Shown: positions 16,024 through 26,322 of the stretch, piece after piece | How the letters are laid out: each line of letters opens with the position of its first letter | Numbering within the stretch: the first letter of the stretch is position 1 | Assembly: GCA_047517285.1 (NCBI GenBank) | Contig: JAKZTE010000010.1 | Coordinates: 10,852-74,851 of the forward strand | From: Nitrososphaerales archaeon | GTDB taxonomy: Archaea > Thermoproteota > Nitrososphaeria > Nitrososphaerales > UBA57 | DNA: 64,000 nt | Direction of reading: 5' to 3' | Position numbers and translations under genes: made by a program | The notes under the pieces: generated by a model | The model's input: only the letters and a program-made list of their open reading frames with translations | Database searches by the model: none | Told to the model about the DNA's origin: nothing

Positions 16024-17174
16024 AAACTTCTACTAGACTCAATTCTCTTCCACCATATCCTTTCGCTAAGCTTGAAAATCTAATCTCTAAAAAACGCCAA
16101 GAAGGTATTGACCTGATAAGTTTTGGTATTGGGGATCCTGATTTAACCACTCCTGATTTTATCAATCAATCTTTAGTCGAAGGACTTTCAATTCCAGGTA
16201 ATCATAATTATTCATCCAGTGCAGGTGAAAAATCATTTCGAGATAGCATATCTTCTTGGTTTGAAAAACGCTTCAATGTATCTCTTAATCCCGACGAAGA
16301 AATATGCGCCTTAATTGGTTCAAAAGAAGGACTCGCCCATATTTTCCGCGCATTTCTAAATTCTGGTGACACAATTGCCGTACCTAACCCTGGATATCCC
16401 CTCTATGAGCATGGCGGCACAATGTTAAATGACTTTAAACCTTTGATTCTTGATCTATCCGAAGAATCTAATTATATTCCGCAAACCACTCAATTACAAG
16501 AATCTGATTTTTCCGGCATCTATCTGAACTATCCTAACAACCCTACCGGCGCTGTCATACAGACTTCCGAACTTAATAATATTGTCAATATTTGTAATGA
16601 AAAAAATGCTATCATAGTGTATGATAATGCTTATTCTGAAATCACTTATGGTGGTTATGAAGCCCCTTCTATACTTCAATGTGATAATGCACGTCAAAAT
16701 AGTATCGAGTTTCATTCTCTCTCTAAAACTTTTAACATGACTGGTTATAGAATTGGTTTTGCTGTTGGCAATAAGACTCTGATCGACGGACTTAAAAAAA
16801 TAAAGAATCAAATTGACTCTGGCTCACCAAAATTCATCCAACATGCAGCTTCAACTGCTCTAGATAGTTACAATAATGGTATTCCTCCTAAAGAAATTCT
16901 TGACAATATAAAAACCTATGAAAATAGAATGTCTCTTCTTTCAGACGGTTTATCAAAGCTTGGATATGAAGTAAAAATTCCATCTGGCACATTTTATTTA
17001 TGGATGAAGGTTAATGAAAATTGCGAAAGCTTTGCAATGAAATTGTTAGATAACGGAATAGTCGTTACTCCGGGCTCTGGTTTTGGAAATGCCGGCGATA
17101 ATTACGTTCGATTCTCACTTACTGTCACAGAATCCAATATATCAAAAGCTTTGGAAAAAATTCCTTCATGTTGA
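16020..17174 (+). CDS. dapL: Class I aminotransferase, probable LL-diaminopimelate aminotransferase of the 'direct' type
   Basis: 384 aa. LPPYPFAKL..LISFGIGDPD.., NPGYP, NNPTG and SLSKTFNMTGYRIG (PLP lysine) mark a fold-type I aminotransferase. The substrate assignment rests on the overlap with lysA and the dapA-dapB neighbourhood, so it is an inference. Confidence 0.55.
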   Translation: MKTSTRLNSLPPYPFAKLENLISKKRQEGIDLISFGIGDPDLTTPDFINQSLVEGLSIPGNHNYSSSAGEKSFRDSISSWFEKRFNVSLNPDEEICALIGSKEGLAHIFRAFLNSGDTIAVPNPGYPLYEHGGTMLNDFKPLILDLSEESNYIPQTTQLQESDFSGIYLNYPNNPTGAVIQTSELNNIVNICNEKNAIIVYDNAYSEITYGGYEAPSILQCDNARQNSIEFHSLSKTFNMTGYRIGFAVGNKTLIDGLKKIKNQIDSGSPKFIQHAASTALDSYNNGIPPKEILDNIKTYENRMSLLSDGLSKLGYEVKIPSGTFYLWMKVNENCESFAMKLLDNGIVVTPGSGFGNAGDNYVRFSLTVTESNISKALEKIPSC

Positions 17175-17181
17175 AAATTTA

Positions 17182-17188
17182 TTTTTTT
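17182..17188 (+). terminator. Oligo-T tract, candidate archaeal terminator of the lysine operon
   Basis: A T7 run (within TTTATTTTTTT) starts 8 nt after the dapL stop codon. Confidence 0.3.
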
Positions 17189-17209
17189 GACCTGAAGTAA
17201 TTCGATTAA

Positions 17210-17746
<537 letters not shown>

Positions 17747-17761
17747 TCAGGTCCCTGTCTA

Positions 17762-18076
17762 ATGCCCCACGACTTTTCTGAAGACGATGTTTTAGAAGCA
17801 ATGTCAGAGGTAGTAGATCCAGAAATTAACGTTCCCATTCTTGAAATGGGCGAAGGTAATGGCTTGATTGACGAGGTTAACATTTCTGAAGATAATTCCG
17901 TTGAAGTCAAATACCATGCAACAACTCCTTACTGCCCTCCAGTTTTTGCTTTACAAATTTCCATGGATATTAAGAAAAGTGTCGAAAAAATGGATAAAAT
18001 TGGAAGTGTTAAAGTGATTGTGTCAGGACATTCTATGTCTCAACAAATAAACGATAAAATTAATGAATCTGTTTAA
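17762..18076 (+). CDS. DUF59/MIP18-family Fe-S assembly-related protein
   Basis: 104 aa. ..VLEAMSEVVDPEINVPILEMG.. and a conserved TTPYCP motif are typical of the SufT/PaaD-like DUF59 domain. Confidence 0.7.
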   Translation: MPHDFSEDDVLEAMSEVVDPEINVPILEMGEGNGLIDEVNISEDNSVEVKYHATTPYCPPVFALQISMDIKKSVEKMDKIGSVKVIVSGHSMSQQINDKINESV

Positions 18077-18376
18077 TTATGGCATATATGCCTTCTCATA
18101 AACACCTGAATTAAATCCTAAACATTCTTGATGAATCCAGCCTGCCTTGATTAACTTTCCATTACTTATTCCTTCATTCCAGTAGGTCCTCCTTCCGCCA
18201 TCCATTTGTTGTTTTGTTATTCTCTTTTCACACATTGTACAAATAGTGGCATATTTGAGATCCTCTTGATCCATTTCTGACGTTGCTGTCATTTTTGCTG
18301 GAACTCTTATCACTCCATCGAGTTCATCGAGCCATTTTCTTGATTCTCCTTCCCAACGCCTTACTGGTATCTTCAA
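18077..18376 (-). CDS. Hypothetical protein with CxxC ... HxxC motif
   Basis: 99-aa ORF with a TTG start, containing CTMCEKR ... WIHQEC. I recognise no family. Confidence 0.4.
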   Translation of the reverse strand: MKIPVRRWEGESRKWLDELDGVIRVPAKMTATSEMDQEDLKYATICTMCEKRITKQQMDGGRRTYWNEGISNGKLIKAGWIHQECLGFNSGVYEKAYMP

Positions 18377-18481
18377 TATGTTATTTTATACTTTGTTCAA
18401 ATATTTATTGATTATTCTATATGCTGGTAAAATATTCTTTTTCTAATTAATCTTTATACCTCCCAAATTGTTCCATAGCCT

Positions 18482-19693
18482 ATGGAAGATAAAAACTCTA
18501 ATTTCGAATTCCGTTTTCCTCTAATAATACTGAAAACTCAGAAAGGTCAAAGTTTACTAGAAAAACTTTCTAGATTTCGTTTTATATCAATTTTAAGTTG
18601 GATATCTCTTATTCTCATGCCTATTTTCTCGATTCTTGCTGTTTCTATACTATTACTGACTGCTTCTGTATACTTGTCTTTTCCAGAGGTCCGTGAAATT
18701 GCTCGTGAAACAGGCCCACAAGGCGCCTTGTTAATTCCTGGAATAAACCCATATCTTCCAATAATTTATGGTTGGATAGCTATATTCATAGGCCTTGTAA
18801 TTCATGAACTTTCTCATGGCGTAGTTGCTAAAGCTGTAGACATTCCTGTACGTTCTTCAGGAATACTGTTCTTTCTATTCTTGCCAATTGGTGCATTTGT
18901 CGAAGTTGACGATACCAAACTAGATTCCGCATCTTTCAAAAAATCAGGTCGTATAATTGCTGCTGGTGCTGGAAGTAATATTGTCGTTGGGCTTATTGCC
19001 TTAATCCTTCTAGTAGGCGTTGTCAATACTATGGAACCTGTAGCTGACGGTATTCCTGTTAGTAAAATTGTTGTTGATTCACCTGCTAATATTGCTGGAT
19101 TACTCCCTGGCGATATTATTACTCATCTTAATGATATTCCTGTCGATGATTCCACTGTCTTTTCACAGAACTTTAATAATTTCAGCCCCGGCGATGAGAT
19201 TATTCTTACAGTTAATAGACAATCAGTTCAATATGACTATGAAATAATTCTTTCAAGTAGACCAGAAAATCCCGAAGAACCTTTTATTGGAATAATGAGG
19301 CCCTCTGTCGACATAAATGATTCTTTGCATAGATACCAAAATGGAATCTCGCTTTCCACCGATTTGTTGTTGTATTTCTCCTTTCCATCCGGTGATAGTT
19401 ATTCTATACCTTTCTCAACTTCTATGCAAAATTTTTATACGTCTAGTTTAGGAAATCAATATATTGTATTTTCAAACCTACTTTTCTGGATATGGTTTAT
19501 TAATTTCAATCTGGGTATTTTTAATTCACTTCCTCTTGGACCATTGGACGGAGGTCAAGCATTTAAACGCGGATTAAAATCTGTTACTAGAAATAAATTA
19601 TCTCAGAATAATGTTAACTATATCAGTAGAATAGTCTCTATTTCTATACTTATCTTAATTCTGTCTATGTTTCTTCTTCCTTATCTTCCCTGA
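18482..19693 (+). CDS. Site-2 protease (peptidase M50) with PDZ domain
   Basis: 403 aa, multi-TM. HELSHG zinc motif, PDZ-like segment (VDSPANIAGLLPGDIITHLNDIPV), and NLGIFNSLPLGPLDGG. Confidence 0.85.
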   Translation: MEDKNSNFEFRFPLIILKTQKGQSLLEKLSRFRFISILSWISLILMPIFSILAVSILLLTASVYLSFPEVREIARETGPQGALLIPGINPYLPIIYGWIAIFIGLVIHELSHGVVAKAVDIPVRSSGILFFLFLPIGAFVEVDDTKLDSASFKKSGRIIAAGAGSNIVVGLIALILLVGVVNTMEPVADGIPVSKIVVDSPANIAGLLPGDIITHLNDIPVDDSTVFSQNFNNFSPGDEIILTVNRQSVQYDYEIILSSRPENPEEPFIGIMRPSVDINDSLHRYQNGISLSTDLLLYFSFPSGDSYSIPFSTSMQNFYTSSLGNQYIVFSNLLFWIWFINFNLGIFNSLPLGPLDGGQAFKRGLKSVTRNKLSQNNVNYISRIVSISILILILSMFLLPYLP

Positions 19694-20935
19694 TTATATT
19701 ATATAGGACTCGCCATAGTCCTTCTGTTCTTGCGTTTGCGTATCAATATTTATCTTCATGCCCTGTAGTGCATATTTAGCTACTTTGTCATCAATCTCTT
19801 TTGGCATATCGATTAACCCTTCTAACTTTTCATGATCTAGCTTAATCTTCACGGCACCTAAAAGTTGATTTGAAAATGACATTGACATAACTTCTGGCGG
19901 ATGTCCTTCTGCAGCTACTAGATTTGCAATTCTTCCTTTTGCAATTAACATTATTTTTGTTCCATCTTCTAACTGATATTCTTCTAAATGATCTCTAACG
20001 ACCTTGACATTCTTTGCTATGCCCTGTAGAAATTTTACATCTATTTCTAGGTCAAAATGTCCTGCATTTGCCAATATTGCACCATCTTTCATATTCTTGA
20101 TACTATTGCTATCGATTACATGTTTCTGCCCAGTCGCTGTAATGAAGATGTCTGATTCTTTAGCTAATTCATTAATCGGCTTTACCTGAAATCCATCCAT
20201 TACTGCTTCTATTGCTCTTATTGGATTAATCTCAGAAACGGAAACTATTCCTCCTAAACCTTTTGCCCTTGCTGCTATTCCTCTTCCTACCCATCCATAT
20301 CCACAGACAGTGATTTTCTTACCCGCCATTAATAATGCAGTAGATCTTAAAATTCCATCAAATGTACTTTGACCTGTTCCATAACGATTATCGAATAGAT
20401 GTTTGGTATATGCATTATTTACCGCTATAATTGGATACTTTAATTTGCCACTTTTCTCCAACGCTTCTAATCTTACAACTCCGGTAGTTGTTTCTTCCGT
20501 TCCCCCTATTACATTGAGCTGTTCAAATTTACTATTCTGATGTAATGTAATATGTGCATCAGAACCATCATCCATTATGATTTCCGGTTCTGCCTCTAAT
20601 GTTGCATCTATACATTCTTGATATTCTTTATCATTTTGCCCTCTCCATGCAAAAACATTAATTCCTTCTGAATCAAGATATGCCGCAATATCATCTTGCG
20701 TTGATAGTGGATTTGCACCTGCAAGATAAACATCTGCTCCTAACTCCTTTAGTCCCATTGCCAATACTGATGTTTCTTTTGTTACATGCAGACATACTGC
20801 AATTTTTGTTCCATCAAATGAAAAATTTTCCGCAGTCTTATCAATTGTTGTAACAAGCCCTGGCATATTATTTCGTGCCCATTCATATGATTTTCTACCT
20901 TTTTCCGCTAATTTTTTATCTGTAATTCTACTCAT
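19694..20935 (-). CDS. ahcY: Adenosylhomocysteinase
   Basis: 413 aa. Archaeal-length SAH hydrolase with an NAD-binding GYGWVGRG motif and conserved substrate-domain motifs. Confidence 0.93.
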   Translation of the reverse strand: MSRITDKKLAEKGRKSYEWARNNMPGLVTTIDKTAENFSFDGTKIAVCLHVTKETSVLAMGLKELGADVYLAGANPLSTQDDIAAYLDSEGINVFAWRGQNDKEYQECIDATLEAEPEIIMDDGSDAHITLHQNSKFEQLNVIGGTEETTTGVVRLEALEKSGKLKYPIIAVNNAYTKHLFDNRYGTGQSTFDGILRSTALLMAGKKITVCGYGWVGRGIAARAKGLGGIVSVSEINPIRAIEAVMDGFQVKPINELAKESDIFITATGQKHVIDSNSIKNMKDGAILANAGHFDLEIDVKFLQGIAKNVKVVRDHLEEYQLEDGTKIMLIAKGRIANLVAAEGHPPEVMSMSFSNQLLGAVKIKLDHEKLEGLIDMPKEIDDKVAKYALQGMKINIDTQTQEQKDYGESYII

Positions 20936-20981
20936 TTGTTATCCTCACATTATTCCTAACAGAAATATTCATTTCTTTTAT

Positions 20982-21773
20982 TTAAATTGCTCCATCCAAA
21001 GCATTTGCACATAAACAATCCCTATTTTTATTAATTTCTGGAATGATATTCTGAATTATACTGCTGGTTTTTTCTACATTCTTTTCTAATGTTTTCAATA
21101 CCTCGTGATGAGACACTACTGTTTCCGCCCATACATCATAATCTGTAATTGTAGCAATTGCCAAATAACAAATCTGTGATTCTCTCGCTAAAACACATTC
21201 AGGAAATAACGTCATATTTATTGTATCTGCTCCCCAATTTCTGAACATGTTTGATTCCGCTCTTGTTGAAAATCTAGGACCTTCAATGCATACTTGTGTA
21301 GCTCTGTCATGAATACTGTAATTTAATTTCTTACCTGCTGAAACTGCCAATTTTCTCAGATCTGGACAAAATGGGTCTGCAGTTGATATATGCGCTACAG
21401 TACCTTGGTCATAAAATGTACTATCTCTATCCTTTGTTCTATCTATGAACTGATCAGGTATTGCTATGTGTCCTGGTTCCATTTCTTCTCTTAAACTTCC
21501 AACTGCGCACGGCGCAATTATTCTCTTCACTCCTAATTCCTTTAATGCCCATATATTTGCACGAAAATTAATCTTATGCGGAGGAACACTGTGTTTCTTC
21601 CCATGTCTTGGAAGAAATACTACCTTCTTCTCATTGAATTCTCCTATTGTTAATGAATCTGAAGTTTTTCCATATGGGGTTTCTACGTCTATTGTCTCCT
21701 TGTTTGAAATAATATCAGTATTATAAATTCCTGTTCCGCCAATTATTGCAATTTCTATATCCACATTAATCAT
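20982..21773 (-). CDS. mtnP: S-methyl-5'-thioadenosine phosphorylase
   Basis: 263 aa. IAIIGGTG.., FLPRHGKKHSVPPHKINFRANIWALKELGV are typical of the MTAP/PNP family. Confidence 0.88.
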   Translation of the reverse strand: MINVDIEIAIIGGTGIYNTDIISNKETIDVETPYGKTSDSLTIGEFNEKKVVFLPRHGKKHSVPPHKINFRANIWALKELGVKRIIAPCAVGSLREEMEPGHIAIPDQFIDRTKDRDSTFYDQGTVAHISTADPFCPDLRKLAVSAGKKLNYSIHDRATQVCIEGPRFSTRAESNMFRNWGADTINMTLFPECVLARESQICYLAIATITDYDVWAETVVSHHEVLKTLEKNVEKTSSIIQNIIPEINKNRDCLCANALDGAI

Positions 21774-22275
21774 ATCCTACGATTGAAAATATTTTATATT
21801 CTGATAAAATCTTTCTCGCATTAAGAAATTTCAGTTCAATTAAAAACCCTAATCCAACTATGTTTCCATCTAATGCTTCTATCATCTTTACTGCAGCTTC
21901 TACTGTTCCGCCCGTTGCTAATAAATCGTCTATAACTAGAATATTTCTACCTTTCAGTGATTCATTCTTTATCTCAATAGAAGCAGTTCCATATTCTAAT
22001 TCAAAATCTCTCGAAATAGTCTCTCCAGGGAGTTTTCCTTTCTTCCTTATTGGTATAAAGCTAATTTTTAATCTATTTGCCAAAGCAGCTCCAAATACAA
22101 ATCCTCTTGATTCTATTCCTATTATTGTATCAATCTTTCCCCTAAATTCCCTCTCAAATTCTTCTAGAATATATTGAAATGCATCTGGATTATCTATTAC
22201 TGGCCACATATCTTTGAATACTATTCCTTGTTTTGGATAGTCTGGGTAATCTTTGATTATGCCTCGTATATTCAT
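21766..22275 (-). CDS. apt: Adenine phosphoribosyltransferase
   Basis: DYPDYPKQGIVFKDM and the PRPP loop ILVIDDLLATGGT. The ORF is open to TTG 22287; I prefer ATG 22275. It overlaps the mtnP start by 8 nt. Confidence 0.88.
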   Translation of the reverse strand: MNIRGIIKDYPDYPKQGIVFKDMWPVIDNPDAFQYILEEFEREFRGKIDTIIGIESRGFVFGAALANRLKISFIPIRKKGKLPGETISRDFELEYGTASIEIKNESLKGRNILVIDDLLATGGTVEAAVKMIEALDGNIVGLGFLIELKFLNARKILSEYKIFSIVGYD

Positions 22276-22355
22276 AATCAATATCAAGTAATACTTTGCA
22301 TATAATTATTCGTATTTAATTGGAAACAATTATATTCTTTTGTCCTTATCTTCAT

Positions 22356-22778
22356 ATGATAATGAAAGACGATTCTTATGAAACGCTATTAACAAGGATT
22401 GAAGATGAGTTATCTAAAGTTGAAGTTAAGAAAAAAGATAGAATTGAAATTCCTAAAGCCGTGACCTTCTGGAGTGGCCAAAAAACATATTTTAGAAATT
22501 TCTCATTATACCCTAAATTATTGAGGAGGACTGCCGAACATTTCTTGGCGTTTCTATCAAAAGAACTTGCTACTTCTGCATCGCTTGATGGGGATAGGGC
22601 TATTTTTATTGGTCGAAAAACTCCCGATTCATTTGATTTCATACTCAAACGCTATATACGTCAATACGTTAATTGTTCTGTCTGCAATAGTTATGATACA
22701 TCTCTAGAAAAAGTCAAACGACTATATTTCATTACTTGCGACGCCTGTGGAGCAAAAACAACTGCAGGTTCAAGATAG
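22356..22778 (+). CDS. eif2b: Translation initiation factor aIF2 beta subunit
   Basis: C-terminal zinc ribbon CSVCNSYDT..CDACGA and the eIF2beta/eIF5 core. The ORF is open from TTG 22320; I prefer ATG 22356. Confidence 0.88.
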   Translation: MIMKDDSYETLLTRIEDELSKVEVKKKDRIEIPKAVTFWSGQKTYFRNFSLYPKLLRRTAEHFLAFLSKELATSASLDGDRAIFIGRKTPDSFDFILKRYIRQYVNCSVCNSYDTSLEKVKRLYFITCDACGAKTTAGSR

Positions 22779-22779
22779 C

Positions 22780-23091
22780 ATGCCTTCTAATTCATTTCAT
22801 TTTCGTTCAATTAAAAATCAAGAGGTCAATATTGTCAATATATGCGATACTGAGATTGTTGGTAAAACTCTTTCTGAAGGAGAATTTGAGATTGAAATTT
22901 CTGAGGATTATTTTGGCGGAATTCAAATTGATGAAAATAGGGCCATTGAATTATTAAAAACCTCTAATACGTTAAATCTAGTCGGAAATAATATCGTTGA
23001 TTTAGCTATTGAATTGGATTTAGCATCTTCTGACTCTATTAAATTTATTGAAAACATTTCATTCGTTATAATTTATAAATTCATACAATAG
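22780..23091 (+). CDS. DUF424-family protein
   Basis: ~103 aa starting at ATG 22780, 1 nt after the aIF2beta stop. ..VNICDTEIVGKTLSEGEFEIEISEDYFGG..LNLVGNNIV.. matches the archaeal DUF424 pattern and its usual position next to aIF2beta. Confidence 0.6.
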   Translation: MPSNSFHFRSIKNQEVNIVNICDTEIVGKTLSEGEFEIEISEDYFGGIQIDENRAIELLKTSNTLNLVGNNIVDLAIELDLASSDSIKFIENISFVIIYKFIQ

Positions 23092-23128
23092 AGTTTAAGT
23101 AATAATTTTCCCAATGTAAAGTGATTTA

Positions 23129-23440
23129 ATGGGTAAGCGGAAAGTTCTAAACGAAAAGTCACTTAAAGATATAGTTTTACCACAGGAGGGCGAAATGTTT
23201 GGTCGTGTTCTCAAGCATTTAGGAAGCGAGTTAATTCAAATAAAATGCGCAGACGATAAAATCCGTATTGGACGAATACGCGGCAAACTAAAACGCCGAG
23301 TCTGGATTCGTGATAACGACGTTGTCATAATTGCTCCATGGGACTTTAAATTTGACGAACGCGGCGATATACTTTGGAGATATACTATTGGACAAGTTGA
23401 ATGGCTTCAAGCACAAGGACATCTTCCAAAGGACTTGTAG
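23129..23440 (+). CDS. eif1a: Translation initiation factor aIF1A
   Basis: 103 aa with an S1-like OB fold: EGEMFGRVLKHLG..IRGKLKRRVWIRDNDVVIIAPWDF. Confidence 0.9.
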   Translation: MGKRKVLNEKSLKDIVLPQEGEMFGRVLKHLGSELIQIKCADDKIRIGRIRGKLKRRVWIRDNDVVIIAPWDFKFDERGDILWRYTIGQVEWLQAQGHLPKDL

Positions 23441-23443
23441 CGT

Positions 23444-24235
23444 ATGTCGTCACAAATAGACAATCGCGCCATTAAAAAAGCACTACACAAAATTAATAAT
23501 TATGAAAAATCAAACCGATCAAAGAAAAAACGCTCAGAGGATTTTCAGGTTTTTCAAGACGTCTTCAATAAACCAACTCTTCTAACTCTTTATTCTATGT
23601 TTAATAATGGAACTCTTTCGTATATGAACGGTATTGTTAATTCTGGAAAAGAATCAAATATATTTTGGGGTGTTACTCCAGAAGGTAACGACGTTGCCGT
23701 TAAAATCTATCTTACCGTTGCTTCTGAATTCCGTAAAAGACTTCAGTATATCCAAGGAGACAATCGTTTTAGAAACATCAATACAAATGGACATAAGTTG
23801 ATTGAATTATGGGCAAGAAAAGAATTTAAAAATCTATTTAAAGCTCATTCTATAAACATTCCTGTTCCTAAACCCATTGCCGTAAAACGCAACGTTCTCG
23901 TAATGGAATTCCAAGGAATCAATGGTTCTCCTTTTCCTACTCTTTCTGAAACTGAGGTCTCTGAATCTGATTTAGTTGAAATTCTAGACCTAGTTACTAT
24001 GTTATATCAAAAATCCCATCTTATTCATTCTGATTTATCTGAATATAACGTATTCAAAAATTCCAGTGATTTAATTTTATTTGATTTCGGTTCTGCAGTA
24101 GATGTTTCTCATCCTATGTCTAAAGATTTCTTACTACGCGATCTAAAAAACCTGCATAGATTCTTTTCTAAACGTGGAATCCCTGTATTTGATGTAGAAA
24201 AGAAGTTTCTGGAGATAACCGAAAATGATATTTGA
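23444..24235 (+). CDS. rio1: RIO-type serine/threonine protein kinase (Rio1-like)
   Basis: 263 aa. GKESNIF, VAVKIY, REFKNL, IHSDLSEYN and the DFGSAV kinase motifs. Confidence 0.85.
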   Translation: MSSQIDNRAIKKALHKINNYEKSNRSKKKRSEDFQVFQDVFNKPTLLTLYSMFNNGTLSYMNGIVNSGKESNIFWGVTPEGNDVAVKIYLTVASEFRKRLQYIQGDNRFRNINTNGHKLIELWARKEFKNLFKAHSINIPVPKPIAVKRNVLVMEFQGINGSPFPTLSETEVSESDLVEILDLVTMLYQKSHLIHSDLSEYNVFKNSSDLILFDFGSAVDVSHPMSKDFLLRDLKNLHRFFSKRGIPVFDVEKKFLEITENDI

Positions 24236-24794
24236 CAAAACAATTCGAATACCTATAGACCGCGTTGGTTCTGTAGTAGGTAAATCTGGAAAAACTAAAT
24301 TATGGATAGAAGAAAAATGTCATGTGAATCTAGATATAGATAGTCGTAGTGGCGAAATTCATATTTCTACCGGCGATGAGATTTCTAATCCACTTCTTGC
24401 CGTCGACTTAACTCAATCTATTGCTCATGGTTTTTCTAAAGTTAACGCATCTAATCTACTCGACGAAGATAAATTCCTCTCCATAATCGACCTTACACAA
24501 TATTATAAAAAATCATCTAACTCTATGTCTAGAATTAAATCGCGTGTAATTGGACAAAATGGTAAAGCTCGGAAAGTTATGGAAGAAATTTCTAATACAA
24601 ATATCGCTGTTTACGGACATTCAGTATCTATAATCGGTTCATTAGAACAAATTAAATTAGTTGAAAATGCTATTAATTTACTCATTTCCGGCTCTCAACA
24701 TAAAACTGCTTATGACTTACTGCAAAAAAGTCGGACTCAAGCAAAATTAGATAGACTACAATTATGGGAGGATGGCCCTGTTGTCGAAAAATAA
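24225..24794 (+). CDS. KH-domain RNA-binding protein (Dim2/Pno1-like)
   Basis: 189 aa with two KH-like modules (VGSVVGKSGKT.., RVIGQNGKARK). Sits in the conserved archaeal aIF1A-Rio1-KH neighbourhood. Confidence 0.7.
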   Translation: MIFDKTIRIPIDRVGSVVGKSGKTKLWIEEKCHVNLDIDSRSGEIHISTGDEISNPLLAVDLTQSIAHGFSKVNASNLLDEDKFLSIIDLTQYYKKSSNSMSRIKSRVIGQNGKARKVMEEISNTNIAVYGHSVSIIGSLEQIKLVENAINLLISGSQHKTAYDLLQKSRTQAKLDRLQLWEDGPVVEK

Positions 24795-26322
24795 AACTAC
24801 TTTTTCTGGTATTTCTCCTAGTGAATTCTTCTATCGAAATAGAGATTTGGCAGGTTTTAGTAATCCTGCTAAAGCTTTGTATACTGCCACTCGAGAATTA
24901 GTGGAAAATTCTCTTGATGCATGCGAATCTTCTGAAATTCTTCCTAGTATCTATGTTCGAATGACTCCTATTGTCGATCACTTGGATAATTCCGAGCCTA
25001 GAACATATCAACTCAAAGTCAGTGATAATGGACCTGGCATTGATCCTGTTAAAGCTCCTGATGCATTTGGCCGTGTTTTCTATGGAAGTAAATACAAACT
25101 CAGACAAGCTAGAGGTATGTTTGGTATGGGCGGAACTATGGCTGTTTTATACGGTCAAATCACTACTAGCAAACCCGTGGTTATTTATACATCAACAGAC
25201 GGTAAAAAATTCCACAAGTTTACATTAAGGATAGATATACAAAAAAATGCACCTGTAATCATAAATAAAGAAATAATCGAAGGCAAAGGTTCTACTGGTA
25301 CTACTGTCGAATTGTTACTTACAGGAGATGCATTTCGTGCATCTACCAAAGTTCATGATTATTTCTTAGAATCTGCATTGGTTACTCCCTATGCAGAAAT
25401 AACTTTTATTGACGCTCAAGGTAAAATGTTCTATTATCCGAGAAGCACTAATACATTACCAAAACCTTCCGAAGAAACCCAACCTCATCCACATGGTTTT
25501 GATTTCGAAGGTATGAGAAGACTTATTGAAGACACCGGCGATAAAAGTCTTCATAAACTACTTATGAATAATTTCCATCGTGTTGGCGCTACTACTTCTA
25601 CAAACTTCTTTAAATTTGCTAAAATCGATCATACATCTAGTCCTAAAGATCTATCATACGAAAATATCGTGCAAATGGTAGATGCTATGCATAGTTATGA
25701 ATCATTTCTTCCTCCTGACTCTCATTGTTTGTCCCCTCTTGGCAAAGATATACTAAACGCCGGTATAATGAGTGAACTTTCTCCTGAATTCTCTACTATT
25801 GCTATACGACCTCCATCTGCATATTCTGGTTTTCCATTTATTGTAGAAGTTGGATTGGCATATGGGGGAAATGTCGGTAGTGGAGGCGTAAAATTATTCC
25901 GTTACGCGAATCGTATTCCATTACTATACGATGAAGGCAGTGATATTGCCTGGCAAGTAGTAAAAGATTTAGCAATTGATAAGAAACGAGCATATAAAAT
26001 TCCTGATAACGCTCCACTTGCTCTGATTACTCATGTATGTTCAACTAAAGTTCCGTTCAAAACCGCTGGAAAAGAATTCCTTGCTGATAGACCCGAAATT
26101 GAAAGAGAATTAAAGAATGCTGTTCGAGAAGTTCTTAGAAAACTTCGTTTACATTTGTCTCGTAAATCTTCAGAAGAGGCAGTAAAAAGAAGGCGTGATA
26201 TATATTCCAAATACCTTCCACTAATTGCAGAATTTTCAAAAGACCTGTCGGGGAAAAAAGACCTACCTAATTTCCAGCCAATGCTTAAAGCATATCTTGA
26301 AGAATCAGAAGGTAATAATTAA
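24772..26322 (+). CDS. top6B: DNA topoisomerase VI subunit B
   Basis: 516 aa. GHKL ATPase motifs (ELVENSLDA, DNGPGI, GMFGMGG) and a transducer domain. Confidence 0.93.
   Translation: MALLSKNKTTFSGISPSEFFYRNRDLAGFSNPAKALYTATRELVENSLDACESSEILPSIYVRMTPIVDHLDNSEPRTYQLKVSDNGPGIDPVKAPDAFGRVFYGSKYKLRQARGMFGMGGTMAVLYGQITTSKPVVIYTSTDGKKFHKFTLRIDIQKNAPVIINKEIIEGKGSTGTTVELLLTGDAFRASTKVHDYFLESALVTPYAEITFIDAQGKMFYYPRSTNTLPKPSEETQPHPHGFDFEGMRRLIEDTGDKSLHKLLMNNFHRVGATTSTNFFKFAKIDHTSSPKDLSYENIVQMVDAMHSYESFLPPDSHCLSPLGKDILNAGIMSELSPEFSTIAIRPPSAYSGFPFIVEVGLAYGGNVGSGGVKLFRYANRIPLLYDEGSDIAWQVVKDLAIDKKRAYKIPDNAPLALITHVCSTKVPFKTAGKEFLADRPEIERELKNAVREVLRKLRLHLSRKSSEEAVKRRRDIYSKYLPLIAEFSKDLSGKKDLPNFQPMLKAYLEESEGNN

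Noticed and set aside
22736-22957. 73-aa alternative-frame ORF and the extended GTG start (22747) of the DUF424 gene, both overlapping aIF2beta
   Set aside because: ATG 22780, right after the aIF2beta stop, gives the conserved DUF424 N-terminus. The other frame has no features.
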